Assembly: GCA_945871425.1 (NCBI GenBank)
Contig: CAMBVS010000001.1
Location: 16,303 to 80,302, forward strand
Direction of reading: 5' to 3'
DNA: 64,000 nucleotides
From: Rhizobium sp. Q54
Lineage (GTDB): Bacteria; Pseudomonadota; Alphaproteobacteria; SHVZ01
A model generated the notes under the pieces. That model saw only the letters and a program-made list of their open reading frames with translations. It did no database searches and was not told where the DNA came from. Of the stretch, positions 25,157-34,634 are shown in pieces (the first letter of the stretch is position 1; each line of letters starts with the position of its first letter). The translations under genes and the position numbers were made by a program.

Positions 25157-26338
25157 GTGAGCGAGCAGGCTGACGTCGTCGTCATCGGCGGCGGTGGCGT
25201 CGGCTCGGCCGTCGCCTACCAGCTGACGGCGAGGCCCGACTTCCGGGGATCGGTCGTCGTCGTCGAACGCGATCCCGCCTACGCGACCGCGTCGACCGCG
25301 CTGTCGGCCGGCGGCGTCCGCCAGCAGTTCTCGACGCCGGAGAACATCCGTCTTTCGCTCTACGGCGCTCATTTCATCCGCGACATCGGCCGGCTGCTCG
25401 AGGTCGACGGCGACAAGCCGAGCATCAACTTCATCGAGGGCGGATATCTCTTCCTGGCCTCGCCGTCCGGCGTGCCCGTGCTCGAAGCCAATCATGCCGT
25501 GCAGAAGGCCGAGGGCGCCGACAACGCGCTGCTGGCTCCGGCGGCGCTGAAGGCGCGTTTTCCCTGGCTCAATGCCGACGGTCTGGCGCTGGGATCGCTC
25601 GGCCTGTCGATGGAAGGCTGGTTCGATCCCTACGGTCTGCTTCAGGCACTTAAGCGGAAGGCGCGCGCCCAGGGCGTCCGCTACGTCACCGACACCGTCG
25701 TCGGCCTCGACCGGACGGGCGATCGCGTTGACGCGGTCAGGCTCGCCTCCGGCGGACGGATCGCCGGAACATGGATCGTCAACGCCGCCGGGCCGCAGGC
25801 GGGAAGGGTGGCGGCGATGGCCGGGCTCGACCTGCCGGTGGTGCCGAAGAAGCGCTTCGTCTACGTCTTCGACTGCCGCGACACGCTCTCGCCGCGCCTG
25901 CCGCTCCTGATCGACGCGACCGGCGTCTGGGTCAGGCCGGAAGGCGCCGGATATATCGGCGGCATCTCGCCGCCCGAGGACCAAGACCCGGACTCCGATG
26001 ACCTCGACGTCTCCTACGATCTCTGGGAGGAGATCGTCTGGCCGACGCTGGCCGAGCGCATCCCGGCCTTCGAGGCGGTGAAGCTGCAGCGGGCCTGGGC
26101 CGGGCACTACGACTACAACACCCTCGATCAGAACGGCATCATCGGCCCGCATCCGGATGTGCCGAATTTCCTTCTCGCCAACGGCTTCTCCGGCCACGGC
26201 ATCCAGCAGGCGCCGGCCACCGGCCGCGCCATCGCTGAGCTGATCTGCGACGGCCGTTTCACCTCCATCGACCTCGACCGCTTCGGCTATGCGCGCATCC
26301 GCGAGCAGCGGCCGCTGACCGAGCTCAACGTCGTCTAG
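25157..26338 (+). CDS. FAD-dependent oxidoreductase (DAO/sarcosine-oxidase-beta-like)
   Basis: 393 aa. N-terminal 'VVVIGGGGVGSAVAY' dinucleotide fold and C-terminal 'NGFSGHGIQQAPATG'. Confidence 0.85.
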   Translation: MSEQADVVVIGGGGVGSAVAYQLTARPDFRGSVVVVERDPAYATASTALSAGGVRQQFSTPENIRLSLYGAHFIRDIGRLLEVDGDKPSINFIEGGYLFLASPSGVPVLEANHAVQKAEGADNALLAPAALKARFPWLNADGLALGSLGLSMEGWFDPYGLLQALKRKARAQGVRYVTDTVVGLDRTGDRVDAVRLASGGRIAGTWIVNAAGPQAGRVAAMAGLDLPVVPKKRFVYVFDCRDTLSPRLPLLIDATGVWVRPEGAGYIGGISPPEDQDPDSDDLDVSYDLWEEIVWPTLAERIPAFEAVKLQRAWAGHYDYNTLDQNGIIGPHPDVPNFLLANGFSGHGIQQAPATGRAIAELICDGRFTSIDLDRFGYARIREQRPLTELNVV

Positions 26339-26353
26339 AGTGAGGAGGGGCGC

Positions 26354-26734
26354 ATGCCCGACACCCTGACCAGCGTCCGCTACATCGTCGGCGACGTCGA
26401 TGCCGCCGTCGGCTTCTACACGCGGCACCTGGGATTCACCCTCGGCCTCGACGCCCGGCCGGCCTTTGCCGCGGTGACGCGCGGCGGCCTGCAGCTCTGG
26501 CTGAGCGGCCCGAAGAGCTCCGCCGGGCGGACGCTCGCCGACGGCCGGACGCCGGCGCCCGGCGGCTGGAACCGCATCGTCCTTGAGGTCTCCGACATCG
26601 CCGCCGACGTCGAACGCCTCGGCGCCGCCGGGCTCCTGTTCCGCGGCCCGATCGTCAAAGGCCCGGGCGGCAGCCAGGTCCTGCTCGACGATCCCTCCGG
26701 CAATCCCATCGAGCTGTTCCAGCCGGCGGGCTGA
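26354..26734 (+). CDS. VOC-family (glyoxalase/bleomycin-resistance fold) protein
   Basis: 126 aa, with 'YIVGDVDAAVGFYT..LGF' and 'DPSGNPIELFQ'. Confidence 0.8.
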   Translation: MPDTLTSVRYIVGDVDAAVGFYTRHLGFTLGLDARPAFAAVTRGGLQLWLSGPKSSAGRTLADGRTPAPGGWNRIVLEVSDIAADVERLGAAGLLFRGPIVKGPGGSQVLLDDPSGNPIELFQPAG

Positions 26735-26776
26735 GGCCGCCGCCCGGCCGAAATCGCGTCGCTGTCCCGAAATACA

Positions 26777-26804
26777 TTGACACATTCGAATTCATCTATA
26801 TATT
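26777..26804 (+). promoter_or_regulatory. sigma70-like promoter of the ArsR gene, near-leaderless
   Basis: TTGACA - 16 nt - TATATT, with the ATG at 26812 only 8 nt after the -10. The spacer contains the palindrome ATTCGAAT. Confidence 0.5.
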
Positions 26805-26811
26805 AGCCGGC

Positions 26812-27135
26812 ATGGACATCAGCTCCCAGCTCAAGGCGCTCGCCGACCCGGCCCGCCTCCGCATCGTCGAGTTCCTGCGCCGCCCCGACGCCGGCTGCTG
26901 CACCCAGCCCGACCGGGTCTGCGCCTGCGACCTCGAAACCCTGCTCGGCCTCTCGCAGCCCTCGATCAGCCATCACATGAAGATCCTGACCCAGGCCGGC
27001 CTGGTCAGCGGCGAGAAGCTGGGACGCTGGATGTTCTACCGCCTCGAGCCGGCTGCCTTTGCCGAGGTCGTCGCCGCCCTGATCCCCTTCTCGACCCCGC
27101 CGGCCGCGACCTCTCCCGTCGCCCGCGCCGCCTGA
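26812..27135 (+). CDS. ArsR/SmtB-family metalloregulator
   Basis: 107 aa. 'LADPARLRIVEFL', a 'VCACDL' metal-site helix with an extra upstream 'GCC', and 'SQPSISHHMKIL' as the recognition helix. Confidence 0.9.
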   Translation: MDISSQLKALADPARLRIVEFLRRPDAGCCTQPDRVCACDLETLLGLSQPSISHHMKILTQAGLVSGEKLGRWMFYRLEPAAFAEVVAALIPFSTPPAATSPVARAA

Positions 27136-27152
27136 ACCAGAGGACCGTCCCC

Positions 27153-28625
27153 ATGAGCATGCTTCCAATCGCCGTCATTGGCGCCGGCCCCGTCGGCCTC
27201 GCCGCCGCCGCCCATCTTCTCGGCCGCGGCCTCACGCCGCTGGTGCTGGAGGCGGGGCCCAAAGTCGGCCATGCCGTCCGCCAGTGGGCGCATGTCCACA
27301 TGTTCTCGCCCTGGGGCTTCACCATCGACCGCGCCGCCCGCGCCCTTCTCGAAGCCTCGGGCTGGACCGCGCCGGCTGCGGACGAGGTGCCGACCGGCGG
27401 CGGCCTCGTCACCCGCTATCTCGAGCCGCTGGCGGCGCTGCCGGCGATCGCGCCGCATCTCCGCTTCGGCACGCGTGTCGTCGCCGTCGGCCGCAAGGAC
27501 TTCGACAAGGTCAAGACCGCCGGCCGCGACGCCCAGCCCTTCGTGCTGCAGATCGAGTCCGCCGACGGCACGCGCTCGTCGGTCGAGGCCGCCGCCGTCA
27601 TCGATGCGTCGGGCACCTGGCCGACGCCGAACCCGATCGGCTCCGGCGGGCTGCCGGTGCCCGGCGAAGGAGACTGCCGCGACCGCATCGCCTATGGCAT
27701 CCCCGACGTGCTGGGAGCCGAGCGCGAGACCTACCGCGACAAGGCGGTGATGGTGGTCGGGGCCGGGCACTCGGCGCTGAACGCGCTGCTGGAGCTGACC
27801 GAGCTTCAGGAAACCGCGCCGGCGACCCGCATCCTGTGGGCGACGCGGCGCGACCAGATCGAGAGCGCCTTCGGCGGCGGCGAGAGCGATGCGCTGCCGG
27901 CGCGCGGCGCGCTCGGCACCCGCGCAAGGCGGGCCGTCGCCGACGGCCGCATCGAGGTGCTGTCGCCGCTTCGCATCTCGGCGCTCTCGCGCCGGAGCGA
28001 CGGCCGCATCGCGGTCGAGGGCACGCTCCGCGGCCATCCGGTGTCGGTCGACGCCGACCGGCTGATCGTCGCCACCGGCTTCCGTCCCGACTTCGATCTC
28101 TTGCGCGAGATCCGGCTCGACCTCGATCCCTGGCTGGAATCCACGCGCGCGCTCGGGCCGCTGATCGATCCCAACCTGCACAGCTGCGGCACGGTTCGTC
28201 CGCATGGCGCCAAGGAGCTGGCGCATCCGGAGAAGGACTTCTACATCGCCGGCATGAAGAGCTATGGCCGCGCGCCGACCTTCCTGCTCGCCACCGGCCA
28301 CGAGCAGGTGCGCTCGATCGCGGCATCGCTCGCCGGCGACCACGAGGCGGCCGCACGGGTCGAGCTCGAGCTGCCGGAGACCGGCGTCTGCCACTCGACG
28401 CCCAAGATCGGCAAGGTGGCGGCGGGCGAGGCGGCGGCGGCCGGATGTTGCGGCGGCCCGGCGCCGGCCGCGGCCGATGGCTGCTGCATCGCCGATGTCG
28501 AAGCCAAGGCGGCGGGCGAGGCGGGCTGCGGCTGCGCCGCACCGGCGCCGGCCGCGGTGGTCGTCGCAGTGAAGCCGCGCGTCAGGGTTCCTGCCGGCGG
28601 TTCCGGTTGCTGCGGCGGCGCCTGA
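27153..28625 (+). CDS. two-dinucleotide-fold flavoprotein oxidoreductase with Cys-rich C-terminal tail
   Basis: 490 aa. 'VIGAGPVGLAAA' and 'VVGAGHSALNAL' are Rossmann motifs. The tail reads '...GVCHS...AAGCCGGP...DGCCIAD...AGCGCAAP...GSGCCGGA'. Confidence 0.75.
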   Translation: MSMLPIAVIGAGPVGLAAAAHLLGRGLTPLVLEAGPKVGHAVRQWAHVHMFSPWGFTIDRAARALLEASGWTAPAADEVPTGGGLVTRYLEPLAALPAIAPHLRFGTRVVAVGRKDFDKVKTAGRDAQPFVLQIESADGTRSSVEAAAVIDASGTWPTPNPIGSGGLPVPGEGDCRDRIAYGIPDVLGAERETYRDKAVMVVGAGHSALNALLELTELQETAPATRILWATRRDQIESAFGGGESDALPARGALGTRARRAVADGRIEVLSPLRISALSRRSDGRIAVEGTLRGHPVSVDADRLIVATGFRPDFDLLREIRLDLDPWLESTRALGPLIDPNLHSCGTVRPHGAKELAHPEKDFYIAGMKSYGRAPTFLLATGHEQVRSIAASLAGDHEAAARVELELPETGVCHSTPKIGKVAAGEAAAAGCCGGPAPAAADGCCIADVEAKAAGEAGCGCAAPAPAAVVVAVKPRVRVPAGGSGCCGGA

Positions 28626-28635
28626 GCCTCGGCAT

Positions 28636-29847
28636 GTGATAGGGACGATGCCGAGAGCCCGGCGCCACCGGATCATCGCGGCGCTCGGCATCGCCCAGAT
28701 CCTCGCCTATGGCGCGTCGTTCTATCTGCCGGCGATCCTGGCCCGGCCGGTCGCCGCCGACACCGGCTGGCCGTTCGCCTGGGTGATCGGCGGCCTCTCC
28801 CTCGGTCTCCTGGTCGCAGGCCTCGCGTCGCGACAGGTCGGCCGCGCGATCGACCGCCAGGGCGGACGTCCGGTGCTGGCGGCCAGCGCGCTGCTGCTCG
28901 CCCTCGGTCTTCTGATGCTCGCGCTGGCGCCGACGCTCCCGGTGTTCGTCGCCGCCTGGGTCGTGCTCGGTCTCGGCATGGCGGCCGGCCTCTACGACGC
29001 CGCCTTCTCGACGCTCGCCCGCATCTTCGGCGCCGGCGCCCGCAGCGCGATCACGACGCTCACCCTCTGGGGCGGTTTCGCCAGCACGGTCTGCTGGCCG
29101 CTCTCTGCATATCTGGTCGAGACCGTCGGCTGGCGCGGCACCGCCGCCGCCTACGCCGCGATCGAGCTCGTCCTCGTGCTGCCGCTCTATCTCTTCATGC
29201 TTCCCGGGGAGGAACGACGAGAGCCGACGGCGAAGCCGTCGGAGACTGCGGCCCCCGTCGCCGGTGAGGTGCCGGCAGCGCGCCGCGCGCTTACCTTCGC
29301 GATCCTGGCGGCGGTGCTGACCGCTGGCGGCACCATCTCGGCTCTCCTGTCCGTGCATGTCATCACGATCCTCCAGGCCGGCGGGCTCTCGCTCGCCGCC
29401 GCGGTCGGGCTCGGCGCGCTGATCGGCCCGGCCCAGGTCGGCGGCCGCGTCGTCGAGATGTCGCTCGGCGGCCGGCACCACCCGATGTGGACCCTGACCG
29501 CGGCCGTCGTGCTGATCGCGGCCGGCCTCGTGCTGCTCTGCCTCGGGCTGCCGCTGCCGGCGCTGGCGCTCGTCAGCTACGGTGCCGGCAACGGCATCTG
29601 GTCGATTGCGCGCGGGACCGTGCCGCTGGCGTTGTTCGGACCCTCCGGCTACGCCGTGCTGATGGGACGCCTGGCGACGCCGATCCTGGTCGTGCAGGCG
29701 GTGGCGCCGTCGGTCGGCGCCGTCCTGATGGACGAGGTCGGCGCGACGGGGACGCTGGCGGTCTTGAGCGTGCTCGCCATTCTCAACGTCGCCGGCGTCC
29801 TGGCGCTCTGGCTCTGCAGCCGAGCGCCCAGGTCCTCCGCCGATTAG
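28636..29847 (+). CDS. MFS transporter
   Basis: 403 aa (GTG 28636; alternative ATG 28648) with about 12 hydrophobic segments. It directly follows the flavoprotein. Confidence 0.8.
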   Translation: MIGTMPRARRHRIIAALGIAQILAYGASFYLPAILARPVAADTGWPFAWVIGGLSLGLLVAGLASRQVGRAIDRQGGRPVLAASALLLALGLLMLALAPTLPVFVAAWVVLGLGMAAGLYDAAFSTLARIFGAGARSAITTLTLWGGFASTVCWPLSAYLVETVGWRGTAAAYAAIELVLVLPLYLFMLPGEERREPTAKPSETAAPVAGEVPAARRALTFAILAAVLTAGGTISALLSVHVITILQAGGLSLAAAVGLGALIGPAQVGGRVVEMSLGGRHHPMWTLTAAVVLIAAGLVLLCLGLPLPALALVSYGAGNGIWSIARGTVPLALFGPSGYAVLMGRLATPILVVQAVAPSVGAVLMDEVGATGTLAVLSVLAILNVAGVLALWLCSRAPRSSAD

Positions 29848-31085
29848 CGCAGCGCGTCGCGTCTCTGCTGCAGGAAACGACGGACGGCGGGATCCGACTC
29901 GAGGCCGATGGCGCGCTCATAGGCCGTGTCGGCCGCCTTCGCGTCGCCTAAGCGGGCGAGCAGGTCGGCGCGCGCCGCCCAATAGGGTTGATAGTCGGCG
30001 AGGCGTGCGTCCGCCGCCGCTTCGTCCAGCAAGGCGAGGCCCTCCTCGGCGCCTTCGGATTCAGCGAGCGCGACGGCGCGGTTGATCGCCACCACCGGCG
30101 ACCCGGTCATCGCCTGCAGCGCGCCATAGAGGGCGGCGATCGCCTCCCAGTCGGCACGGCCGGTCACCCGCCTGACGACGTGCGCCGACTGCACCGCCGC
30201 TTCCAGCTGATAGCGCCCGGAAACGCCGGCACGGCTGGCGCGGCTCAACAGTGTTTCCGCTTCTTCGATCAGGTCTGCATTCCAGGACGCGGGGTCCTGC
30301 TCGGCCAGCGGCACATAGTCGCCGTCGGCGGTACGCCGGGCGCGCCGCCTCGCTTCCGCATACAGCATCAGCGCCAGCAGGCCCTTGGCTTCCGGCTCGT
30401 CAGGCAGCAGCGACGCCGCCAGGCGTCCGAGCCAGATCGCCTCCTCGGCAAGATCGCGCCGGCGTGCCTCGGTGCCGGCGGGGTCGGTCCAGCCCTCGGC
30501 GAAGGCGGCGTAGATTGCCTCCAGCACCGCGTCCAGCCGTTCGGGCAAATCGGCGGCGTCCGGCATCCGGAACGGGATGCCGGCCTCCTTGATCCGGCTC
30601 TTGGCCCGCACCAGCCGTTGGCCCATCGCCGCCGGCGAGACCAGGAAGGCCGAGCCGATCGTCTCCGCGTCCAGGCCGAGGATGGTCTGCAAGATCAGCG
30701 GGGCGCGCATCGCCGCGTCGATCGCAGGATGCGCGCAAGCGAACATCAGGCGCAGCCGCTCGTCGGCGATCGGCGTTTCATCCCGCACGGCATTCAGCTC
30801 CTCGGCGATGAGGCGGACATGGCCCTCGGCGTTGCTGGCGGTACGCCGGCGGCGGGACGCGTCGGCGAGCTTGCGGCGCGCCGCGGTGAGCAGCCAAGCC
30901 TCCGGCGCGTCCGGCACGCCGCTCCGCGGCCAATGCGCCAGCGCCGAAGCGAAGGCATCGGCGAGCGCATCCTCGGCGGCGGCGACGTCGCGCGTGCGCG
31001 CGGCGAGGAAGGCGACGAGCTTGCCGTAGCTCTGTCGCGCTACCGCTTCGGCGGTTGCGCGCGCCTGCTCGTCGTCCTTCCTCAT
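29844..31085 (-). CDS. ECF-type sigma-70 factor with long C-terminal TPR-like extension (ECF42-like)
   Basis: 413 aa. N-terminal sigma region 2/4 segments ('YGKLVAFLAARTRDVAAAEDALADAF', 'LILQTILGLDAETIGSAF') and a ~200-aa helical C-terminal extension. A YciI/DGPF gene lies immediately upstream. Confidence 0.8.
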   Translation of the reverse strand: MRKDDEQARATAEAVARQSYGKLVAFLAARTRDVAAAEDALADAFASALAHWPRSGVPDAPEAWLLTAARRKLADASRRRRTASNAEGHVRLIAEELNAVRDETPIADERLRLMFACAHPAIDAAMRAPLILQTILGLDAETIGSAFLVSPAAMGQRLVRAKSRIKEAGIPFRMPDAADLPERLDAVLEAIYAAFAEGWTDPAGTEARRRDLAEEAIWLGRLAASLLPDEPEAKGLLALMLYAEARRRARRTADGDYVPLAEQDPASWNADLIEEAETLLSRASRAGVSGRYQLEAAVQSAHVVRRVTGRADWEAIAALYGALQAMTGSPVVAINRAVALAESEGAEEGLALLDEAAADARLADYQPYWAARADLLARLGDAKAADTAYERAIGLESDPAVRRFLQQRRDALR

Positions 31086-31097
31086 TTCGAGGCCGCG

Positions 31098-31445
31098 CTA
31101 CATCTCCCAGATCGGCCGTACTTCGATCCGGCCATGTGCGGCGGCCGGGCAGCGCGCCGCCCAGATGATCGCCTGGTCGAGATCGGGCACGTCGATCATG
31201 TAGTAGCCGCCGAGCTGCTCCTTGGTCTCGGCATAGGGGCCGTCCTGGATCTTGGTCTTGCCGTCGGCGAGGCGCACGGTGGAGGCGGTGCTGGTCGGCT
31301 TCAGTCGATCGGCGCCGACAAAGACGCCGGCCTTCCGCATCGCCTCGCCATAGGCGCCATAAGCGGTCATGACCTTCTCGATGTCGGCCTTGGTCGATTT
31401 GTCGTAGCCGGTCTCGTCGCCGTAGATCAGCAGCATGTACTTCAT
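31098..31445 (-). CDS. YciI/DGPF-family protein
   Basis: ATG 31445, 'MKYMLLIYGDE', 'DGPYAETKEQLGGYYMIDV'. Confidence 0.85.
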   Translation of the reverse strand: MKYMLLIYGDETGYDKSTKADIEKVMTAYGAYGEAMRKAGVFVGADRLKPTSTASTVRLADGKTKIQDGPYAETKEQLGGYYMIDVPDLDQAIIWAARCPAAAHGRIEVRPIWEM

Positions 31446-31532
31446 CGGTCTCTCCCTCGCGTTCCGGCGGGCCTCATGCGCCGCCGACACGGTGACGCGC
31501 GAGCCGGCGGCGGACAGACAGGAGGCCGAACT

Positions 31533-31970
31533 TTATTTCGCCGTCTCTTCCAGGATGTCGTAGCGGAACTCGAACTTCACCGGGTCGAGCACGACTTTGG
31601 TGCGGAACTTGGCGACGTCGGGCACCTGCACCACCAGGGCGAATTCGGGGTCGCCGGTGACGATGTAGCACTGGCGCACCGCCGGTTCGGCCATCGCGGC
31701 GCGCTTGAAGTTGTCGATCATGTCGATGCGGTCGCGCTCCATGGTCACCTCGACCAGAGCGGTCATGTGCTGGCCGGCATAGGCCGGCGCCGGCACCGAG
31801 ACGTCGCCCTGGATGACCCCTGCCTCGCGCAGCCGCCGGACCGGCCTCAGGCAGGCCGGCGGCGAGATCCCCACCTGCTGGGCGAGATCCAGGTTGGTGG
31901 CCAGGTCGTCGCGCTGGAGCCGGTCCAGGATTCGCCGGTCGACGACATCGAGATCGATCATGGATTCCAT
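31533..31970 (-). CDS. Lrp/AsnC-family transcriptional regulator
   Basis: Only the last 145 aa of the 449-aa track ORF are real. 'LDVVDRRILDRLQRDDLATNLDLAQQVGISPPACLRRVRRL'-type HTH plus a RAM domain. Confidence 0.85.
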   Translation of the reverse strand: MESMIDLDVVDRRILDRLQRDDLATNLDLAQQVGISPPACLRPVRRLREAGVIQGDVSVPAPAYAGQHMTALVEVTMERDRIDMIDNFKRAAMAEPAVRQCYIVTGDPEFALVVQVPDVAKFRTKVVLDPVKFEFRYDILEETAK

Positions 31971-32054
31971 GTTAAGAGTGATTTGGAATTCATGACCTGA
32001 TATTCGCGCAAGTCCGAAATCCGCTGGAGAGAGGCGGGGTCTAGCATTCACCCC

Positions 32055-33047
32055 ATGATCGGGGAGGTTCCGACGACCATTCAGTTGACCGGCCGTGAGA
32101 TCGAGGCCGCTGCCCGTCGCCTGGCGCCGCATATGACGCCGACGCCGCTGGTCTTCTCGCCAGCGCTCTCCGACCTCCTCGGAGCCGATGTCTGGCTGAA
32201 GCTGGAGACCGCCTCCGAGATCGCCAGCTTCAAGCTCCGGGGCGCGCTGAACGCGCTGCTCTCGGTCGAGGCCCCGGGCAGCGCGTTGACGTCCTCGACC
32301 GGCAATCACGGCCAGGGCGTGGCGCTGGCCGCCCGCCGGCTCGGCATCCCCGCCGACATCTTCGTGCCGGTCGATCCCAACCCGGTGAAGGTGAGGATGA
32401 TCGAGCTGCTCGGCGGGCGGGTGCATGTCGGCGGTCACGACATCGACGCGGCCAAGGAGCGCGCCTATGCGCACCAGGCAAGGCATGGCGGCACCTTCGT
32501 CGACGACGGCGAGAACGCAAACTTGATCGCCGGCGCCGGCACCGTCGGGCTCGAGTTCGGCAAGGCCCTTTCCGGCATCGACGTGCTCTACGTGCCGATG
32601 GGCTCGGGCTCGCTCGCCGGCGGCACCGCCGTCGGCGTCAGGTCGGTGCAGCCGGGCGCGCGTGTCGTCGCGGTGCAGGCGACCGGCGCGCCGGCGATGG
32701 TCGAGAGCTTTCATGCCCGCCGCGCGATCGAGCGGCCGATCGCGACGCGCGCCGACTGCCTCGTCTGCCGTATCCCGGCGGCACAGGCGCTCTCGACCTT
32801 GATCGCCGCCGTCGACGACGCCCTGCTGGTCACCGACGAGGAGATGCTGTCGGCCGTCCACGCCTATCTCGCCCGCGCCCATCTCCTGGTCGAGCTCGGA
32901 TCGGCGGCGCCGCTGGTCGGCGCCTGGAAGGAGCGCGAGAAGAATCGCGGCAAGCGCGTCGTGCTGGTCGTCTCCGGCGCCAACGCGGTGCCGGAGATCG
33001 TCGCCGAAGCGCTCCGGACGCCGCCTCTCGGTGGGGAATTCGCGTGA
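32055..33047 (+). CDS. PLP-dependent threonine/serine dehydratase family enzyme
   Basis: 330 aa. PLP-lysine motif 'SFKLRGA', with 'SSTGNHGQGVA' and the 'GSGSLAGG' loop. Divergent from the Lrp regulator. Confidence 0.8.
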   Translation: MIGEVPTTIQLTGREIEAAARRLAPHMTPTPLVFSPALSDLLGADVWLKLETASEIASFKLRGALNALLSVEAPGSALTSSTGNHGQGVALAARRLGIPADIFVPVDPNPVKVRMIELLGGRVHVGGHDIDAAKERAYAHQARHGGTFVDDGENANLIAGAGTVGLEFGKALSGIDVLYVPMGSGSLAGGTAVGVRSVQPGARVVAVQATGAPAMVESFHARRAIERPIATRADCLVCRIPAAQALSTLIAAVDDALLVTDEEMLSAVHAYLARAHLLVELGSAAPLVGAWKEREKNRGKRVVLVVSGANAVPEIVAEALRTPPLGGEFA

Positions 33048-33054
33048 GGCGCGC

Positions 33055-33810
33055 CTAGCCTCGTTCCTTCGCCGCCTGCCGCCGCTTGCGCGCCCTCCTC
33101 GACATCATGTTCAGCCCCTCCACCAGCGCCGAGAACGCCATGGCCGCGTAGATATAGCCCTTCGGCACATGCGCGCCGAAGCCCTCGGCGATCAGCATGG
33201 TGCCGATCAGCATGAGGAACCCGAGCGCCAGCATGACGACGCTGGGATTGGCGTGGATGAACTTGGCGAGCGGATCGGCGGCGAGCAGCATCGCCAGCAC
33301 GGCGACGACTACCGCGATCACCATCACCGGCACATCGTTGGTCATGCCGACCGCGGTGATGATGCTGTCGATCGAGAACACGAGGTCCAGCACCAGGATC
33401 TGCGCGATCGCCGCGCCGAATCCGATCGCCGCGCCCTTGGTGGCGAACATGTCGGGCTCGGGATCGGGATCGACGTTGTGATGGATCTCCTTGGTCGCCT
33501 TCCACACCAGGAACAGGCCGCCCGCGATCAGGATCAGGTCGCGCCAGGAGAAGGCCTGCCCGAACAGGGTGAACAGCGGCTGGGTGAGCTGCACGATCCA
33601 GGCGACGGTCCCGAGCAGAAGGAGCCGGAGGCCGAGGGCGAGCCCGATGCCGATCTGCCGGCCGCGGTTGCGCTCGTGCTCCGGCAGCTTGTTGGTGAGG
33701 ATCGAGATGAAGATCAGGTTGTCGATGCCGAGCACCACCTCCATGGCGATCAGCGTGGCGAGCGCCGCCCAGACGGTGGGATCGGCGGCGAGGACAAGCA
33801 GGGAATCCAT
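33055..33810 (-). CDS. TerC-family integral membrane protein
   Basis: ATG 33810 ([14 protein letters not shown]...). '[15 protein letters not shown]' and '[16 protein letters not shown]' are duplicated TerC signatures. Confidence 0.85.
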   Translation of the reverse strand: MDSLLVLAADPTVWAALATLIAMEVVLGIDNLIFISILTNKLPEHERNRGRQIGIGLALGLRLLLLGTVAWIVQLTQPLFTLFGQAFSWRDLILIAGGLFLVWKATKEIHHNVDPDPEPDMFATKGAAIGFGAAIAQILVLDLVFSIDSIITAVGMTNDVPVMVIAVVVAVLAMLLAADPLAKFIHANPSVVMLALGFLMLIGTMLIAEGFGAHVPKGYIYAAMAFSALVEGLNMMSRRARKRRQAAKERG

Positions 33811-33940
33811 GAGCGCTCCGGCGGCGGGGGTCGGAAGCGGAGATGGCACCGGACGGCGCCGGAGACAAGGCCGGCGTCCGCGGAGCCGCAAATCGGATGC
33901 CGGGTTCGTGAGCTCCGTTTAACTCGATTGAATAAATAAG

Positions 33941-33969
33941 TTGACCCGCATTTTCTGAATGTATATTGA
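33941..33969 (+). promoter_or_regulatory. candidate sigma70-like promoter for the GNAT gene
   Basis: TTGACC followed by an AT-rich -10 candidate (TATATT at 15 nt or TATTGA at 17 nt) in the only AT-rich stretch of this intergenic region. SD 'aggggg' precedes ATG 34005. Confidence 0.35.
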
Positions 33970-34004
33970 GGAAATTGTAATCGTCTGCCCTAAAAAGGGG
34001 GACC

Positions 34005-34634
34005 ATGACGCTCGCCGGCACTTCCTTCAGTTCGCCGTCGTCAGGACGCGGTGCCCCCCGTGGGGTGGCCGTGGCGACGGCGCGCCTCGACCTGAAGGCG
34101 ATGGATCGGGGCGACGTGGTCAGGATCTCCGCCCTCAACGACCTGCTGCAGCAGAAGGACGTCGACGTGCCGGCGCTCGACCGCGAGGCGCTGGACGAGC
34201 TCTGCGCACGCTTCGACGCGGAATGGCGGTTCCATGGCATGGGGCATCTGATGATCCTCCGCCGCGAGGACGACCAGCCGGTCGGCCATGTCCACCTCAA
34301 ATGGCTCGCGGACGCCAAGTCCGGCCGGACGGCCGAACTCTCCTACGCCATCGACGCGCCCTACCAGAACCAGGGCTACGCGACCGAGGCGGTCGACGGC
34401 ATGCTGGGCTTCGCCTTCGACCGGGCCGGGCTCGACTACGTGATCGCCTGCGTCGAGCCGGACAACCTGGCCTCCGTCCGCGTCGCCGAGAAGAACGGCA
34501 TGGCGCCGATGGCCGAGGGCCGGTTCCGCTACCGGCTGGTGCGCCGCTATCTCATGCCCGCCCTCATGTGGCGCTTCCACAAGAAGCTCCGCGGCCGGGC
34601 GGCGGCGGCTAAAGACGCTTCAGCCGGCGCGTGA
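34005..34634 (+). CDS. GNAT-family N-acetyltransferase (RimJ/RimL-like)
   Basis: 209 aa. 'TARLDLKAMDRGD' as the N-terminal strand and 'YQNQGYATEAVDGMLGFAF' as the acetyl-CoA motif A region. Confidence 0.8.
   Translation: MTLAGTSFSSPSSGRGAPRGVAVATARLDLKAMDRGDVVRISALNDLLQQKDVDVPALDREALDELCARFDAEWRFHGMGHLMILRREDDQPVGHVHLKWLADAKSGRTAELSYAIDAPYQNQGYATEAVDGMLGFAFDRAGLDYVIACVEPDNLASVRVAEKNGMAPMAEGRFRYRLVRRYLMPALMWRFHKKLRGRAAAAKDASAGA

Noticed and set aside
24737-26785. 682-aa minus-strand ORF
   Set aside because: It is antisense to the well-supported FAD oxidoreductase and VOC genes. Its composition is dominated by R, G, A, D and P with no recognisable motif, which is the typical high-GC shadow ORF.
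33811-33960. yybP-ykoY (Mn) riboswitch upstream of the TerC-family gene
   Set aside because: TerC/Alx genes often carry this riboswitch. However, the minus-strand leader lacks the conserved GGGGAGUAG-type 5' element and the UUGACAUA-type 3' element as I recall them. Only a generic hairpin (cggagc...gctccg) is visible.
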